Source of the DNA: Microcystaceae cyanobacterium
GTDB taxonomy: Bacteria; Cyanobacteriota; Cyanobacteriia; Cyanobacteriales; Microcystaceae
NCBI GenBank assembly: GCA_041746575.1
Contig: JBGTGT010000073.1
Span: 15,119-79,118 of the forward strand
DNA: 64,000 nt
Reading direction: 5' to 3'
Of the stretch, positions 60,877-64,000 are shown in pieces (the stretch's first letter is position 1; every line of letters starts with the position of its first letter). Under the pieces are notes generated by a model that had not been told where the DNA came from, did not search any database, and worked only from the letters and a program-made list of their open reading frames with translations. A program made the position numbers and the translations under genes.

Positions 60877-63297
60877 TCAACGATAACGATGTTCTTCTAA
60901 AAGCGTTTGCGCACGGGGTTTATAAATGAGGTAGAATAACGCTTCAAGATAGCGTAATAAGTCTTCACGATTTTCTTTAGAGGCGAAATTCCAGAAACCA
61001 TAAATGCGAGCCAATGATAGCAGACGAGTGGTATGAATTTTCCAAGTATAACTGCTATAAACACGTTCCATTGCTTTATGAGAAACCGATTGCCAAACGT
61101 TAGGATCTTGTTCACATTTTAGAATAAAATCAACTAGCTTTTGAGCCGTTTCTAGATAATTAGTGGGATTGATATAAAAGCCATTGACTTTATCTTGAAT
61201 AATTTCTAAAGGACCTCCAAATTGAGTGGCGAAGGTAGGTAATCCAGAGATCATTGCTTCAAGAATCGTTAACCCGAACGCTTCAAATAAAGCCGGTTGT
61301 ATAAAGATGCCTTTATGGTCAGCAATCACACGATAGACTTCTCCCGATTCACTCTTGGGCAAACGCACTCCTAACCAGCGAATTTTTCCTTGTAATTCAT
61401 ATTGGTCAATAATGCGATACATCTTTTCAATTTCTTCTTTTTCTTCCCCGTCAGTTGTTTCGGAAACAGATAATTTACCTGCAATTAAAATGAGATTACA
61501 ATGGGTTTGCAATTCAGGGGATTGACCATAACATTCCGCTAATCCCGTTAAATTTTTAATGCGATCTAAACGCGCCATTGAAAAAAGAGGTCGCTTATTG
61601 GGCTCTGTCAATTTACCATAAACTTGATGGGGATCTTCTAGGGTAAACAGTAATTCTTCTAGCTTTTCTCTTTTACCCGGAATACGATCTTCCTGGCGAG
61701 TATAAGGAAAATAGACGTCTTCATTAACGCCGGGGGGAACCACATTAAACTTCGGTGAAAATAAATCAATGCCATGAACTACGTGATATAAATTAGGCAT
61801 CGTAAAATTTTCATAAGATTCATATTGACCGACACTATCGGGACGTCCGACAATTTCTTGATAAGTACTGCTAATAATACAGTTGGCCGCATTCATGGCA
61901 ATTAAATCGGCGGTAAACTGAAGGGAAAAATGATAGGTATTTTCTAAATCTTGCCAATAAAGATTACTGAAGAGATACTTAGATTTTTCGAGAGCATGAG
62001 CGATAATAAATTGCGTCACTTGTAAGCGTCTTGCCAGTAAAAACGCCACTAGATTTCCATCTGAATAGTTACCAATAATTAGATCAGGTTGTCCTTGACA
62101 TTCTGCTAGTAAGGCTTTTTCAGCATCAATAACATAGGTTTCTAAATAAGGCCAGATTTCAAAACGAGAAATCCAGTTTTGAGTCATATTCGGATTAAAG
62201 TCTCGGAAAGGAACTCTCAAAATCCAAGCATTTTCTGTGCCATGTACCCGTTCTAATTCTTCATTACATCGTGTTCCATCACTATTAGGAATTAGGCGCG
62301 ATAAAATAATTACTTTCGGTTGGATATCAAAAAGTTCTAAACCGGCTAAACGAATATCTTCTTTAAGTTGTTTTTCTAAACTTCTAGCTTGGTCTAATAC
62401 ATACACCACTTGACCCCCTGTATCGGGACGGCCAAGAACCCCTTCTTGTCCAAACCAACCATGTACTGATACCAAAACAATCCGAAAAATCATCGGAATT
62501 CGATATAGGAAAGCTTGCCAAAGATCAGGGTCAGGAGAATCAATTAATTCGTCTAAAATACCGAGGGTTTCTTGAACTCGTCCGGCGGTATTTCCCCAAC
62601 CCGGCTCAAAACCCATGGCCTGTAATTCGTAGCGAAAGTCTTCGTAGGGTTTCTCTGGGGATAAGTCACCCACAAATGCTAATGCTTCTTTGACTTGGTT
62701 AGACAGTTGATGTTGATTTTTAATGCGACCATTGATGAGTAAAACAATACCATTGTAGTGATGAAGGCTTAAAAATTCATACAAGACATCTAATCCTTGG
62801 CGGGGATCTTGAAAAAGTTTACTCGAAAGAAATCGGTTTAGAAATTGAACCCCTTTCCCAATATTTTTTGAGTCTCGAATGCTGGGTGAATAGTCATAAA
62901 AGGGCTGAAAATCAATTTCAAAAATGTCTCCTTCTTCAGGATGATAGCAATTGACAATGCGATCGCGCACGTCTAATAATTGATTAACAGTTAGGGGTTC
63001 AATGGTCAAATCTTCATAAATTCGATAAATTTCAGTTTGTGCAATTTTGGGACGATAAACCAGACATATATTTTCAGCTTCGATGATAATTTCTTGGGTA
63101 TAGGAAATCAGTTTGCTAAGGGAAGATTGAGTCCGAAGCTTCTCTTTATTTCCATTTTCTTCGCAATAACGATCAAAGGTAGATAAAATCTCGTTGCGTA
63201 GTAAATATTTTTGACTGGACTGACGTAATTCATCTATAAATTGCAAAAGTTCAATTTTTTCTTCAGATGCAAAAATCTGCTTGATTAATTGACTCAT
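60877..63297 (-). CDS. susA: Sucrose synthase
   Basis: LGRPDTGGQVVY, SRFEIWPYL, AHALEK, MARLDRIKNLTGL, EAFGLT; 806 aa from ATG 63297. Confidence 0.93.
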   Translation of the reverse strand: MSQLIKQIFASEEKIELLQFIDELRQSSQKYLLRNEILSTFDRYCEENGNKEKLRTQSSLSKLISYTQEIIIEAENICLVYRPKIAQTEIYRIYEDLTIEPLTVNQLLDVRDRIVNCYHPEEGDIFEIDFQPFYDYSPSIRDSKNIGKGVQFLNRFLSSKLFQDPRQGLDVLYEFLSLHHYNGIVLLINGRIKNQHQLSNQVKEALAFVGDLSPEKPYEDFRYELQAMGFEPGWGNTAGRVQETLGILDELIDSPDPDLWQAFLYRIPMIFRIVLVSVHGWFGQEGVLGRPDTGGQVVYVLDQARSLEKQLKEDIRLAGLELFDIQPKVIILSRLIPNSDGTRCNEELERVHGTENAWILRVPFRDFNPNMTQNWISRFEIWPYLETYVIDAEKALLAECQGQPDLIIGNYSDGNLVAFLLARRLQVTQFIIAHALEKSKYLFSNLYWQDLENTYHFSLQFTADLIAMNAANCIISSTYQEIVGRPDSVGQYESYENFTMPNLYHVVHGIDLFSPKFNVVPPGVNEDVYFPYTRQEDRIPGKREKLEELLFTLEDPHQVYGKLTEPNKRPLFSMARLDRIKNLTGLAECYGQSPELQTHCNLILIAGKLSVSETTDGEEKEEIEKMYRIIDQYELQGKIRWLGVRLPKSESGEVYRVIADHKGIFIQPALFEAFGLTILEAMISGLPTFATQFGGPLEIIQDKVNGFYINPTNYLETAQKLVDFILKCEQDPNVWQSVSHKAMERVYSSYTWKIHTTRLLSLARIYGFWNFASKENREDLLRYLEALFYLIYKPRAQTLLEEHRYR

Positions 63298-64000
63298 AAA
63301 ATTCTCCACAATCAACAATAATAGTTACTCGAAAGCTTAAATCTTAACAAGAATTGAAGGGAATTCTCGATTTTAGCTTTATCAGCTTAAGTCCCTTCTT
63401 AAGCACTTTACAAAGATTATAGCATAGCTTGAAGAAATTGCTTTTAAGTTTTCCTGAAATCTTTCTAAACATCAAGAAATCTATTTTTTTCTGAGAAAAA
63501 ACCTATCAAATTAACGATGACCTTTTAACTTCACGCTTAATTAAAACGATTCTTCATTGACTTATCAAGTTTGCTCAAAAAAAAATGATTAGCTGATCTG
63601 ACATATCCTTCAAAATCTACTTGACAAAGCATGATTTTTTCACCTCAGAAAAGGATATTCTGATGACCTTTGCATAAATTAAAGTTGTTTGTTGCATTAT
63701 TTAGACCGAATTTGTCAAGACAATAATATAAATTCTCGTTTATTTCCTTTATTCTTCAATAAGATATCAAACCTTTAGCTTAGAGAGAGTCTATCATTAT
63801 AAATAGAACTTTCAGGGGACAACTTTAAACCAGTCAAACCTAAGGCTGATGACTTCGTGAAACGTGAGTTCGGCGAGGGCAATTATCTCAATTTTTTTGT
63901 TCATTCTGATTGGGATTGGGAAAGGAAAAACAAATTCTTGATTGGGGGACTAGCCCCCCAAACCCCCCAACGGGGGACGGAGTGCCTCCCCCGCACCCCC

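Noticed and set aside
63815..63860. Fluoride riboswitch (GCTGATGACTTC)
   Set aside because: The conserved 5' GGCGATGG-type element is absent

Overview
Chromosomal window from an AT-rich unicellular cyanobacterium (Chroococcales-like gene set; about 24 HIP1 octamers GCGATCGC counted by eye). Most of it is housekeeping and regulatory: partial cobN, cikA, nanE, a Dam-family methylase, cobS, mltA, galE, fur, sphR/sphS/phoU, ahcY, dnaG, an SLH porin, proB, a TRAP solute-binding protein, tRNA-Ala(CGC), a GH38 mannosidase, an aspartoacylase and sucrose synthase. Notable items: (1) a guanidine-utilisation operon (gdmH, GST, hypA, hypB, ABC importer) behind an NtcA-type promoter and a guanidine-I riboswitch; (2) an unannotated 39-aa IF7/GifA-like glutamine synthetase inhibitor with an NtcA box in repressor position; (3) a coding-less IS200/IS605-type element that seems to keep a TnpB omega-RNA scaffold; (4) an accessory cluster of three repeat-rich surface-protein genes sharing a ~120-aa domain I cannot assign, one split by a single in-frame TAA, next to an IS630 with an A9 slippage site; (5) a PstS-like-TM-3xDUF4912 fusion divergent from fur and the pho regulators. 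All family calls come from recognising motifs by eye; no searches were run.
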